Positions 1-8,308 of a DNA stretch of 40,705 nucleotides are shown here, piece by piece. Position 1 is the stretch's first letter. Every line of letters begins with the position of its first letter. The stretch comes from Candidatus Limnocylindrales bacterium (lineage in GTDB: Bacteria > Chloroflexota > Limnocylindria > Limnocylindrales > CSP1-4): NCBI GenBank assembly GCA_040514195.1, contig JBEVDC010000068.1, positions 1 through 40,705 on the forward strand. The letters run 5' to 3'. The notes below the pieces were generated by a model, which worked only from the letters and a program-made list of their open reading frames with translations, ran no database searches and had not been told where the DNA came from. The translations under genes were made by a program, and so were the position numbers.

Positions 1-2
1 TG

Positions 3-1307
3 GGCACGGCCGCCGGCTCGGCGACCATCATCGTCAACCTTGCCCCGGGCACCGACCTCGACGCCCAGACCGAGGAGTTTCTCGACGCCCTGGCGCCGGT
101 GGCGTCGGGCGGCTACTCCGTCCGCGCCGGGACCGTGTCGGGTGGCGGCAGCGGCTTGCAGGTCATCGTGTCGAGCGAGGACGAGGCCGCGCTGGCCTCG
201 GCCACGTCCGAGATCACCGCCGCGATCAACACCATCGACGGCATCGTGAACGTCCAGAACGACCTGGCCGAGGAGGCACCCGAGCTCCAGATCGAGGTCG
301 ATCCTGCGAAGGCCATCGCGGTCGGCTCGACCACCGCGCAGCTGGCACAGGAGGTCCGCAACCTGCTGCTCGGCCAGACGCCCATCCGGCCCACGCTCGA
401 CGGGCGCGTCGGGGCGACACCGGTCTTCGTGCGCATCGACCCCGAGACGGTCGAGGATCCGGACTCGATCCGCGACCTGCTCGTTGGCACCTTCCAGAAG
501 CAGCGCGTCGCGGACGTGGCGACGATCACCCAGGTCGACACCCAGGCGACGGTGACACGCGTCGATCAGAGTCCCGCGGCGACGATCACCGGCGACATCC
601 TGGCCGAAGACACGGGCGGTGCGTCGGCGGCCGTCCAGACGGCCATCGACGGGCTCGGCCTGCCATCGACCGTGACAGTCGAGCTGGCCGGCATCACCCA
701 GCAGCAGACCGAGGGCTTCACCGACCTCGGATTCGCGATGCTCATCTCCATCGGCGTCGTCTACATCGTCATGGTCATCGTCTTCGGCAGCCTGCTCGAT
801 CCGTTCATCATCCTCTTCAGCCTGCCGCTGGCGATCATCGGCGCCATCGCGGCGCTGCTCATCACCGGCCTGCCGCTGGGCATCAGCGCCATGATCGGAC
901 TGCTCATGCTCATCGGCATCGTGGTCACCAATGCGATCGTGCTCCTCGACCTCGTCGAGCAGCTGCGACGCAAGGGGTACTCGGTCGAGCACGCGCTCTA
1001 CCAGGGGGGGCGGCCGCGCGCCCGACCCATCCTGATGACCGCGCTGGCGACGATCCTGGCCCTGCTGCCACTGGCGCTGGGCGTCAACAAGGGCAGCATC
1101 ATCGCCGCCGAGCTGGGCACGGTCGTCATCGGTGGGCTGTTCAGCTCGACCCTGCTGACGCTGGTCGTGGTGCCGGTCGTTTACTCGCTGACGCACGGCG
1201 GCCGAGCGCGCCTCGCGCGGATCCTCGACCGGGGTGACCACGACGAGCAGGCGGAATCCGGATCCCTCGAAGCTCCCGCAACGGCGCCACAAACGCCCGC
1301 CGCCTGA
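3..1307 (+). CDS. RND-family efflux transporter permease, C-terminal part (5' end outside window)
   Basis: The frame is open from the window edge to TGA at 1305-1307. A soluble porter-like segment is followed by the helix bundle GVVYIVMVIVFGSLLDPFIILFSLPLAIIGA / MLIGIVVTNAIVLLD / RPILMTALATILALLPLAL / GGLFSSTLLTLVVVPVVYSL, typical of RND TM7-12. GC3 is high. Confidence 0.85.
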   Translation, partial: GTAAGSATIIVNLAPGTDLDAQTEEFLDALAPVASGGYSVRAGTVSGGGSGLQVIVSSEDEAALASATSEITAAINTIDGIVNVQNDLAEEAPELQIEVDPAKAIAVGSTTAQLAQEVRNLLLGQTPIRPTLDGRVGATPVFVRIDPETVEDPDSIRDLLVGTFQKQRVADVATITQVDTQATVTRVDQSPAATITGDILAEDTGGASAAVQTAIDGLGLPSTVTVELAGITQQQTEGFTDLGFAMLISIGVVYIVMVIVFGSLLDPFIILFSLPLAIIGAIAALLITGLPLGISAMIGLLMLIGIVVTNAIVLLDLVEQLRRKGYSVEHALYQGGRPRARPILMTALATILALLPLALGVNKGSIIAAELGTVVIGGLFSSTLLTLVVVPVVYSLTHGGRARLARILDRGDHDEQAESGSLEAPATAPQTPAA

Positions 1308-1366
1308 ACCCCGGACGCTGGTACGCTGCGAGGCGTCTTGACGTCCGGCGGAGGGAGGTGCCAAAC

Positions 1367-1840
1367 GTGTTCCAACTGTTCCTGTTCTTGCACATCGGCG
1401 GCGCGATCATCGCCTTCGGACCGACCTTCGCGCTGCCGCTTGTGGGGGCCTTGAGTGCCAAGGAGCCGCAGCACGCCAACTTCGCCGCTCGGGCTAGCGG
1501 GATCATCTCGCAGCGTCGGATCATCCCCTTCGCCCTCTCGATGGCGGTCACCGGCGGCCTCCTCATCTGGTGGACGGGCCGCGACCTGACCTCGCCGGCC
1601 AACTACTGGCTCGACGTCGCGATCGTCATCTACGTCTTCGCCCTCGGCTATGCGCTCCTGGTCCAGGCGCCTGCAGGGCGACGACTCGTCGACCTCACGT
1701 CCCGACCACCCGACCCAGGCGCGAGCGGGCCGCCACCCGAGCTCATGGCGACCGCGAAGCGGCTGCGGCAGGGGACCCTCATCTTGATGGGCGCGATCAC
1801 GATCATCGTGGCCCTGATGGTCTTCAAGCCCGGCGCCTAG
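1367..1840 (+). CDS. small four-helix membrane protein (DUF2269-like)
   Basis: The ORF spans 1358-1840. GGGAGG at 1353-1358 fits the in-frame GTG at 1367 better than the GTG at 1358. There are four hydrophobic helices (FLFLHIGGAIIAFGPTF, IIPFALSMAVTGGLLIW, WLDVAIVIYVFALGYALLV, LILMGAITIIVALMVF). The family assignment is from memory only. Confidence 0.6.
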   Translation: MFQLFLFLHIGGAIIAFGPTFALPLVGALSAKEPQHANFAARASGIISQRRIIPFALSMAVTGGLLIWWTGRDLTSPANYWLDVAIVIYVFALGYALLVQAPAGRRLVDLTSRPPDPGASGPPPELMATAKRLRQGTLILMGAITIIVALMVFKPGA

Positions 1841-1897
1841 TGGGGCGCCGAAGGGCGCATTGGGATCGCGAGGTCAGCCCGTCCGGCGGCCACGCGT

Positions 1898-1926
1898 TTG
1901 ACCGGTGGGCCGACATCGGCTACCAT
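1898..1926 (+). promoter_or_regulatory. sigma-70-type promoter of the initiator tRNA gene
   Basis: TTGACC (1898-1903), 17 nt spacer, TACCAT (1921-1926), ending 7 nt before the mature tRNA 5' end at 1934. The AT-rich hexamers stand out in ~70% GC DNA. Confidence 0.55.
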
Positions 1927-1933
1927 TCACGGT

Positions 1934-2008
1934 CGCGGGGTGGAGCAGCGGCAGCTCGTCGGGCTCATAACCCGAAGGTCGGCGGTTCGAATCCGTCCCC
2001 CGCAACCA
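1934..2008 (+). tRNA. initiator tRNA-fMet (anticodon CAU), CCA encoded
   Basis: CGCGGGGTGGAGCAGCGGCAGCTCGTCGGGCTCATAACCCGAAGGTCGGCGGTTCGAATCCGTCCCCCGCAACCA. It is nearly identical to the E. coli tRNA-fMet recalled from memory. Initiator hallmarks are present: a C1:A72 mismatch, three G:C pairs closing the anticodon stem (GGG/CCC) and a CAU anticodon. Confidence 0.95.
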
Positions 2009-2027
2009 ACATCGAATATCGACCAGA

Positions 2028-2065
2028 CGACCCTTGTGCCCGCCCACAAGGGTCGTTTCCTATCT
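2028..2065 (+). terminator. intrinsic terminator after tRNA-fMet
   Basis: Perfect 11-bp stem CGACCCTTGTG (2028-2038) / CACAAGGGTCG (2045-2055) with a 6-nt loop, followed by TTTCCTATCT. Confidence 0.6.
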
Positions 2066-2113
2066 CGGCGACGTCCTTTGGTCCATCCGACTTCGAGGGT
2101 CAGCCTCGCGATC

Positions 2114-2707
2114 TCAGAGGCGATCGTCGATGAAGTCCGCCAGTTGCTTCGACCAATCGATGCGCTGTGCCTCGTCGTCAGCGCTGAGGCCGGCCGTGAT
2201 CCCGACCATGCGGCCGTTCTTCCACAGGTAGAGCGACGCCGCGGACTTGATGAAGATGGCACCGTCGCCGATGCCGTCGATCTGGACCACGTCGTCGCCG
2301 AGGATGGCTGAGTACGCATCCCAGGCGGCCGAGCCGACGGCACCGTCGAGGAACGAGATCGCTACCGCCGCCGAGCCGTCGGCCGAGGAGTACAGGCAAT
2401 AGCCGGCGTTCTGGAGGTATGGCGTCTCGGTCGTCGTCACGCCACTGGCCCCCATCACACCCTCGACCTCTGACGGCGTCAGGAGGTCGCAGACCTTGCC
2501 ATCGAACGACCCGCTGGTCCCGCCGCCCCCGCCGCTCCCGGCGTCCGTGGCAGCCGCCGCGTCCGTCGGCTGGGGCGCGTCTGTGGCCGCGGTGCCGCCG
2601 CCTCCCGCGTCCGTGGCGGGCGGCGAGGTGGCTGCGCTGCCGCCACACGCGGTCAGCAGGAAGGCCATCCCGACCAGGAACGACCACATCGTGGTGCGAC
2701 GTGACAT
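2114..2707 (-). CDS. secreted lipoprotein of unknown function
   Basis: Within ORF 2114-2818, the ATG at 2707 is preceded by GGGAG. It gives MSRRTTMWSFLVGMAFLLTACGG, a signal peptide with a lipobox Cys. A Gly/Ala/Thr/Asp-rich linker and a ~130-aa globular domain follow. Confidence 0.7.
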   Translation of the reverse strand: MSRRTTMWSFLVGMAFLLTACGGSAATSPPATDAGGGGTAATDAPQPTDAAAATDAGSGGGGGTSGSFDGKVCDLLTPSEVEGVMGASGVTTTETPYLQNAGYCLYSSADGSAAVAISFLDGAVGSAAWDAYSAILGDDVVQIDGIGDGAIFIKSAASLYLWKNGRMVGITAGLSADDEAQRIDWSKQLADFIDDRL

Positions 2708-2875
2708 CGAAGCTCCCTTCGCCCCCGACCTGACACGATCTGGGGCCGCATGCGTCGGGCGCGCACGAGCGACCCCGATCTCGAACGCCCGCGCAGCATA
2801 CCTTCCGCGCACGCACACTTGAGGCGCGTGGGCGGCAGCCCCGTCGCTGCCGAGGTTGTCAGGCCGCCCCGTGGA

Positions 2876-3394
2876 TCACGGCAGGGAGGGGGCTGGGAGG
2901 ATGGCCGCGATGCGGTCGTCGATGGTGCCGGAGGGCGGTGGCCCGTAAGCGATGGAGCGCACCACCCCATCCGGATCGACGAAGAACGAGAGCGGCGGCA
3001 CGACCACCTTGTACGCTGCGGCGACCACGTCGTCTGGATCGACCAGAGCCGGCCAGGTAGCGCCCGCTCTCGCCATGTAGCGCCGAGCGGCCTCGGCGTC
3101 GTCGTCGAAGACGACTCCGAGGACCTCCAGGCCCTGGTCTGCGTACCGCTCGCGAGCAGCCTTGAGGAGCGGGAACTCCGCGCGGCAGGGCAGACACCAC
3201 GAGGCCCAGAAGTTCACGATGAGTGGCCGCCCACGGTAGTCGGCCAGCCGGACCTCGTGTCCGTCGAGGTCGCGCAGAGCGAAGTCTGGCGCTGCCGCGT
3301 CGAGGAGGGGGTGCCCACCGATGATGGTCGGTGTCGCCGGGCGGGTCAGGAGCACCACCGCCGCGATGCTCAGCACGGCTAGCGCGACGATCAC
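2876..3394 (-). CDS. TlpA/ResA-like membrane-anchored thiol:disulfide oxidoreductase (thioredoxin fold)
   Basis: One N-terminal helix, then FWASWCLPCRAEFPLL (WCxxC redoxin motif) and a typical TlpA-like C-terminal part. The first canonical start is GTG at 3394. The start is uncertain because the 17 codons upstream encode RPASRRFVLAIVV without any ATG/GTG/TTG. Confidence 0.8.
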   Translation of the reverse strand: MIVALAVLSIAAVVLLTRPATPTIIGGHPLLDAAAPDFALRDLDGHEVRLADYRGRPLIVNFWASWCLPCRAEFPLLKAARERYADQGLEVLGVVFDDDAEAARRYMARAGATWPALVDPDDVVAAAYKVVVPPLSFFVDPDGVVRSIAYGPPPSGTIDDRIAAILPAPSLP

Positions 3395-3445
3395 GACGAT
3401 CGCGAGGACGAAGCGGCGCGAGGCCGGTCGCGCGGTCGTGGCGCC

Positions 3446-4600
3446 CTACTGCGCGGTGAGCGTGCCGGTCATCGTCTGCGGGTGGATGTCGCAGACGTAG
3501 TCGTAGGCACCGGCTTCGAGGGCAGGCACCGTATAGGTGGCGTTGCCGGGCCCGACGATGATCTCGCCCTTGAACAGCTCGGCACCGTCAGCGGGGTCGT
3601 AGAGCGACCAGTTGTGCTGGACCCCCGTATCGGTGTTCTGGAAGTCGATCGTCAGCTCCACGCCGGCAGGGACGGTCATCGTCGTCTCGGCGAAGCCAAG
3701 GACGCTCGACGCGATCACCGTCTGGTTCGGTGTCAGGCTCGCCGCTGGCGCTTCGGTCGGCGCAGGGTTGACCCAGGCCACGAAGGCGGGCATGCCGGCC
3801 ACGACGATGGCAACCGCGCCGATGGTCGCGTATACGGCCAGCAGCGCGGTGGGCATTCGGGAGGCCGGCTCGACCTGGCTGCCATCGAGCGGATGACCGG
3901 CTTCGACGGCGCGATACTCGCGTCCGGCATCGAGGTACCAGCCCCCAGCCGCGACGACGCCCATGAGCAGGCCGGCGACGATGAAGACCGGGTTGAAGAC
4001 GAGCCCGAAGAAGAGGACGCCGAGTCCGAGCGGCGCCAGGAACGGCCAGGGGCTGGGACCGGGCAGGTGGATCCCAGCCGGGAGCACCGCGCGGCTCGTG
4101 GGCTCTCCCCAAGCGGTGCCCGAGGCGGTCGGATGCCAGGCCGGATCCTCGACATGGTGCCACTCGCGCCCAGCGTCGAAGTACCAGCCGACCGCGCCGA
4201 CGACGGTGATGGCCAGGCCGATGAGCATCAGCGGCAGGTTGACCAGGTCCGTGACGGTCGGGGGTGGCTCGGCAGCGGACACGGGGCTCGGGTGGAAGAG
4301 GAAGCCGGCGAAGAGGAAGGCGAGGCCGAGCGGAACGATGAACGGCCATCTCGATCCGCCTGGCATGTGCACGCCAGGCGGCGGCGAGCCCTCACGCCGG
4401 ACCGGGATCATGCGCGAGGCCATGACACGCCGGTTCCGCAGCCAGGCCACGGCCAGGATCGCGATGACGAGGCCGACGAGCCCAAACAACAGGGAGGGGA
4501 TCCAGCGAAGGACGTCGTTCCAGTTCGGCGTGATGATCTGCGCCAACAGATCGAGGACCGCGACCCAGGCGGCCTGGAGATCCTCGATGATGCTGTCCAT
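3446..4600 (-). CDS. polytopic membrane protein: duplicated CtaF-like (oxidase subunit IV-like) module plus C-terminal type-1 copper cupredoxin domain
   Basis: Internal repeat HMPGGSRWPFIVPLGLAFLFAGFLF...GWYFDAGRE versus HLPGPSPWPFLAPLGLGVLFFGLVF...GWYLDAGRE. The C-terminal domain has His (VQHNWSL) and YVCDIHPQTMTGTLTAQ (C-x2-H-x3-M). It lies directly downstream of ctaE and the 67-aa ORF. Confidence 0.7.
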   Translation of the reverse strand: MDSIIEDLQAAWVAVLDLLAQIITPNWNDVLRWIPSLLFGLVGLVIAILAVAWLRNRRVMASRMIPVRREGSPPPGVHMPGGSRWPFIVPLGLAFLFAGFLFHPSPVSAAEPPPTVTDLVNLPLMLIGLAITVVGAVGWYFDAGREWHHVEDPAWHPTASGTAWGEPTSRAVLPAGIHLPGPSPWPFLAPLGLGVLFFGLVFNPVFIVAGLLMGVVAAGGWYLDAGREYRAVEAGHPLDGSQVEPASRMPTALLAVYATIGAVAIVVAGMPAFVAWVNPAPTEAPAASLTPNQTVIASSVLGFAETTMTVPAGVELTIDFQNTDTGVQHNWSLYDPADGAELFKGEIIVGPGNATYTVPALEAGAYDYVCDIHPQTMTGTLTAQ

Positions 4601-4621
4601 CAGCGAAGCGCCGTGGCGGTC

Positions 4622-4825
4622 CTAGAGGTCTCGCGAGCCACGCAGGACCAACAGGAAGGCGAAGGTCATCGCGATGCCGGTCACGACCAGCATCGTGGCG
4701 CCCGCAGGATCGAAGCCCTGCCCGTTGCTCCAGAGCTCGCCACCGAAGTAGTAGACGAGCCCGGTCACGATGAAGAGGCCGCCGATGATGAGGGCGGCGT
4801 AGCCCTTGCCCAACAGGCGCTGCAT
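4622..4825 (-). CDS. two-helix small membrane protein, resembles the N-terminal half of oxidase subunit IV (CtaF)
   Basis: ATG at 4825 preceded by GGGAG. It has two helices (YAALIIGGLFIVTGLVYYF, ATMLVVTGIAMTFAFLLVL) and starts 10 nt after the ctaE stop. Confidence 0.55.
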   Translation of the reverse strand: MQRLLGKGYAALIIGGLFIVTGLVYYFGGELWSNGQGFDPAGATMLVVTGIAMTFAFLLVLRGSRDL

Positions 4826-4835
4826 CGACGGCTCC

Positions 4836-5477
4836 CTAACCCAGGACGTAGTAGGTGACGAAGAGGAGGACCCACACGACGTCCACGAAGTGCCAGTAGT
4901 AGCTGACGGCTTCGACGGCCGTGTGGTGACGGGCGGAAAATTGGCCGGAGACGCCGCGGCCGAGGATGATGCTGATGCCGATCACGCCGCCCAGGACATG
5001 GGCGAAGTGGAACCCGGTCATCGTGAAGTACAGGGAGCCGAAGACGCTGCCGCTCAGGGTCACGCCCTCACTGCCCAGGATGTACCAATCGAAGGCTTCG
5101 AAGGCCAGGAAGGTGATGCCCATCAGGACGGTCAGCGCGAAAGCCCGGTTCATGCCCCGCCGATCGCCCCTCCGGATGCGGATGACACCCCACTCGATGA
5201 CCGCCGAGCTCGAGACCAGGACCACGGTCGCGGCGATGATGACCGGCGTGACGCCGAACTCGGCGCCCTCCGGCAGGGCCGGCCAGTGCGGCAGGCTCCT
5301 GGCCCGGATGTCGAAGTAGGCCGCGAAGAGGCCGGCGAAGAACATGATCTCGCTGGCGATGAAGAGCAGCATGCCCAGCAGCGCGGTGTTCTCGATCGGC
5401 GTGCTGCCGTACGGGTGTCCGCCCTTCATGACCTCGCCGCCGTGCGCGACCGGCACGATGTCGCTCTGCGTCGTCAT
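4836..5477 (-). CDS. ctaE: cytochrome c oxidase subunit III
   Basis: Start MTTQSD at 5477 forms an ATGA overlap with the ctaD stop; the longer ORF to 5687 would overlap ctaD. Motifs: LLGMLLFIASEIMFFAGLFAAYF, GFHFAHVLGGVI, YWHFVDVVWVLLF. Confidence 0.9.
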   Translation of the reverse strand: MTTQSDIVPVAHGGEVMKGGHPYGSTPIENTALLGMLLFIASEIMFFAGLFAAYFDIRARSLPHWPALPEGAEFGVTPVIIAATVVLVSSSAVIEWGVIRIRRGDRRGMNRAFALTVLMGITFLAFEAFDWYILGSEGVTLSGSVFGSLYFTMTGFHFAHVLGGVIGISIILGRGVSGQFSARHHTAVEAVSYYWHFVDVVWVLLFVTYYVLG

Positions 5478-7132
5478 GCCTTGGTCCCATCGCCGGCGGT
5501 CAGCGCGGGTGCGTGGCCGGCAGTCGGGTGCTTGAGGTCGAAGAGCGGGCGCGACGAGCGGATCTCGGGCAGGTGGTCGAAGTTGTACGACGGTGGCGGG
5601 CTGGTCGTCGCCCATTCCAGGGTGTTGGCATCCCATGGGTCGTCGCCGGCGGTCCGGGGACCCCGGAGGCTGGCGAAGATGTTCCACATCATGAGCGACA
5701 CGCCGAGTGCGATCCCAAAGGAGCCGACGGTCGCCAGCACGTTGAGGTCCTGCCAGCCCGCGTTCGGCGCGTAGTCCTGGATGCGCCTTGGCATGCCATT
5801 GAGGCCGAGCAGGTGCATCGGGAAGAACGTCAACTGGGTGGAGATGAAGACGATCCAGAACTGCAGTCGGCCGATGCGCTCGTCAAGGAAGCGCCCGCTC
5901 ATCTTCGGGAACCAGTAGTACGTCGCGGCCATGATCGCCAGCGCCGAGCCGCCGAAGAGCACGTAGTGCAGGTGGCTGACGATCCAGTACGTGTCCTGGA
6001 GCGCGAAGTCGATCGGCGTCGAGGCGCTGAAGGCGCCGTCGAGGCCACCGATCAGGAAGCTGGCCAGGAAGCCCACGGCGAAGAGCATCGGCGTCGTGAA
6101 GCTGAGCTTGCCGCGCCACATCGTGGCGATCCAGTTGAACATCTTGACGCCCGTGGGCACCGCGATGAGGAAGGTCGTGATCGAGAAGAACGGCAGGAAG
6201 ACCGCACCGGTCGTGAACATGTGGTGGGCCCAGACGCCGAAGCCGAGGACGCCGATGGAGACCGTGGCGATGACGAAGGCCTTGTAGCCGAAGAGTGGCT
6301 TGCGGCTGAAGACCGGGATGACCTCCGAGATGACGCCGAAGGCAGGCAGGATGAGGATGTAGACCTCTGGGTGTCCGAAGAACCAGAAGATGTGCTGCCA
6401 GAGGACGGTGTCTCCACCTGCCGCCGGGTTGAAGAACGAGCCGCCGTAATTGCGGTCGATGAAGAGCATCAGCATGCCCGCCGCCAGGACCGGCACCGCC
6501 AGCAGCAGCAGCACGTTCGTGGTCAGCACGGTCCAGGTGAAGATCGGCAGTCGCATCATGGTCATCCCCGGCGCGCGCAGCCGGAAGATCGTGGCGATGA
6601 AGTTGATGCCGCCCATGATCGAGCTGACGCCGTTCAGGATGAGCGCCGCCAGCCAGAGGTCCTGGCCGTTCGTCGTCGCGTACGTCGCCTCCGAGAGGGG
6701 CGTGTACGAGGTCCAACCACCGTTGGCCGCGCCGCCGAGCGCGAAGCCGCTGAAGAGCAGGATGCCGCTGAAGGGGATGATCCAGAACGACAGGGCGTTG
6801 ATGCGCGGGAACGCCATGTCCGCGGCGCCCACCTGGAGCGGCACGATGTAGTTGGCGAAGCCCGCCAGGATCGGCATGACGAAGAAGAAGATCATCGTCG
6901 TGCCGTGCATCGTGAAGGCCTGGTTGTAGACGTCGGGTTCGAGCAGCTGGGTGCCCGGGAAGGCAAGCTCCGTGCGGATGCCGAGCGCCATGATGCCGGC
7001 CAGCAGGAAGAAGATGTAGGCGGTCGTGATGTACATGACCCCGATCTTCTTGTGGTCGGTCGTCGTCAGCCACTCGTAGACCGCCGACCGGGAGTAGGGC
7101 GCGGCCCGCGGGGTGACGGTGGTGGTCGCCAT
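5474..7132 (-). CDS. ctaD: cytochrome c oxidase subunit I (haem-copper oxidase, A-type)
   Basis: Motifs: TTDHKKIGVMY, MHGTTMIFFFVMP, WFFGHPEVYILILPAFG, GVWAHHMFTTG, HLHYVLFGG. A strong AGGAGGAG sequence precedes the ATG at 7132. Confidence 0.97.
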   Translation of the reverse strand: MATTTVTPRAAPYSRSAVYEWLTTTDHKKIGVMYITTAYIFFLLAGIMALGIRTELAFPGTQLLEPDVYNQAFTMHGTTMIFFFVMPILAGFANYIVPLQVGAADMAFPRINALSFWIIPFSGILLFSGFALGGAANGGWTSYTPLSEATYATTNGQDLWLAALILNGVSSIMGGINFIATIFRLRAPGMTMMRLPIFTWTVLTTNVLLLLAVPVLAAGMLMLFIDRNYGGSFFNPAAGGDTVLWQHIFWFFGHPEVYILILPAFGVISEVIPVFSRKPLFGYKAFVIATVSIGVLGFGVWAHHMFTTGAVFLPFFSITTFLIAVPTGVKMFNWIATMWRGKLSFTTPMLFAVGFLASFLIGGLDGAFSASTPIDFALQDTYWIVSHLHYVLFGGSALAIMAATYYWFPKMSGRFLDERIGRLQFWIVFISTQLTFFPMHLLGLNGMPRRIQDYAPNAGWQDLNVLATVGSFGIALGVSLMMWNIFASLRGPRTAGDDPWDANTLEWATTSPPPSYNFDHLPEIRSSRPLFDLKHPTAGHAPALTAGDGTKA

Positions 7133-7140
7133 CGCTCCTC

Positions 7141-8283
7141 CTACTGGACCGCCAGGGTGCCCGTCATGTTGGGATGGACCGTGCAGCTGTAGGTGAACGT
7201 GCCCGCAGCCAGAGCCGGGACGACGTAGTCGACGGTCTCACCCGGGTTGGCGAGCGGCAGGCCGATGAAGTCCGAGCCGTCGACGTTGGCGGCCTTGATG
7301 GCCACGTTGTGCGCCACGGACGGGTCCTTGTTCATGAAGTGGATGGTGATCGGCGTGCCGGCCGGCGCGGTCAACGTCGACTGGTCGAAGGCCGCGGCAT
7401 TCGAGGCGCTGACGTCGATCACGGAACCTGCGGGTGGCGGGCCACTCGAGCCGCTCGGCCCGGGCGACGGCGAGGCGTTGGCGCCCTCGACCTGGGTCGC
7501 GTACCACGTGTCGTAGGCACCCCGATCCTCGGCCGTGAGGGTGAAGAACATGTCGCCGTGCGAGAGGCCGCACAGCTCGGCGCACTGGCCGCCATACGTG
7601 CCAGGCTGCTCGACGATGACGTCGAAGCCATTGACGCGTCCGGGGATGACGTCCTTCTTGTACAAGAAGTGCGGGACGTAGAAGGCATGGATGACGTCCG
7701 CGGCGTGAAGCCGGAAATGGACCGTCTGGTTGACCGGAACATGGATGTCGGGGCCTTCTTCGCCCAGGCCGGTCAGCGCGAATTCACAGTCCTCGGCGGG
7801 CTGGACGGTCGCCTCCGTCGCGTAGCTGGCGGGGCAGCCGTAGCCGACCGTCCACTGCCACTGGAAGCCGACCACGTCGATGGTCACGTCGGGGTTCGGT
7901 GACCTCGCCTCGACCTTGTTTTGGACACCGATGGACACGAAGAAGAGAGCGATGACGATGATCGCTGGCACGATCGTCCAGGCCGCCTCGGCGATCAGAT
8001 TGCCGTGCGTCTGGACGGGCAGCTCGTCGTCGGTCCGTCGGTAGCGCAGGACCGCAAAGAGGATGGCGCCCTCGACCAGCAGGAAGATGATCGCCGCGAT
8101 GGTGAAGACGAAGCGGTAGATGTCCTCCGTGTCCTGCCCCTGCACGGTGACCGGCGAGGGCGGCGCGAAGCCCGGCCAATCGGCTGGGTAGAAGACGATG
8201 AGCCCCACGATCGCGGCGACGGTGAGGGCGGCGATGATGACGAGCGTGAGGGTCCGGCGGGTGCGGCCTGGGGCGCGATTCAC
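7141..8283 (-). CDS. ctaC: cytochrome c oxidase subunit II with additional C-terminal amicyanin-like type-1 copper domain
   Basis: CuA site HAFYVPHF...GQCAELCGLSHGDM, then linker ANASPSPGPSGSSGPPPAGS, then a cupredoxin module with VAHNVAI and FTYSCTVHPNMTGTLAVQ. There is no CxxCH. The start is taken at GTG 8283, preceded by GGAGA 9 nt upstream. The ORF is open to 8355, but that would leave only 8 bp to divergent ctaG. Confidence 0.9.
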   Translation of the reverse strand: MNRAPGRTRRTLTLVIIAALTVAAIVGLIVFYPADWPGFAPPSPVTVQGQDTEDIYRFVFTIAAIIFLLVEGAILFAVLRYRRTDDELPVQTHGNLIAEAAWTIVPAIIVIALFFVSIGVQNKVEARSPNPDVTIDVVGFQWQWTVGYGCPASYATEATVQPAEDCEFALTGLGEEGPDIHVPVNQTVHFRLHAADVIHAFYVPHFLYKKDVIPGRVNGFDVIVEQPGTYGGQCAELCGLSHGDMFFTLTAEDRGAYDTWYATQVEGANASPSPGPSGSSGPPPAGSVIDVSASNAAAFDQSTLTAPAGTPITIHFMNKDPSVAHNVAIKAANVDGSDFIGLPLANPGETVDYVVPALAAGTFTYSCTVHPNMTGTLAVQ

Positions 8284-8308
8284 GCGCGGGTCTCTCCTGA
8301 TAGCAGCG

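Noticed and set aside
1934-2113. The tRNA-fMet gene as a possible integration hotspot or genomic-island boundary.
   Set aside because: The window has no integrase, no direct repeat of the tRNA 3' end that I could find, and no compositional shift. The flanking genes look like core genes, and a clean terminator follows the tRNA.
3394-3448. The TlpA-like ORF lies in the same frame as the upstream cupredoxin gene. They are separated only by TAG plus 17 codons that encode a plausible charged/hydrophobic N-terminus (RPASRRFVLAIVV). This raised the possibility of TAG read-through or a fusion.
   Set aside because: A read-through product would place the thioredoxin domain on the wrong side of the membrane relative to the cupredoxin. 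Same-frame placement has a 1-in-3 chance. A GTG 3394 start, or a non-canonical start, is the simpler explanation. It is kept only as a note on start uncertainty.
5513-7192. A 559-aa ORF antisense to ctaD, and similar long antisense or shadow ORFs (3482-4858, 9703-11373, 11665-13467, 19647-21500, 19972-21507, 26404-27963, 36654-38420, 8352-9302).
   Set aside because: Their translations are Arg/Gly/Asp/Pro/His-rich low-complexity strings with no motifs. Such open frames are expected opposite or offset to real genes at ~70% GC because stop codons are AT-rich. In every case the other frame or strand encodes an unmistakable conserved protein with strong GC3 bias.
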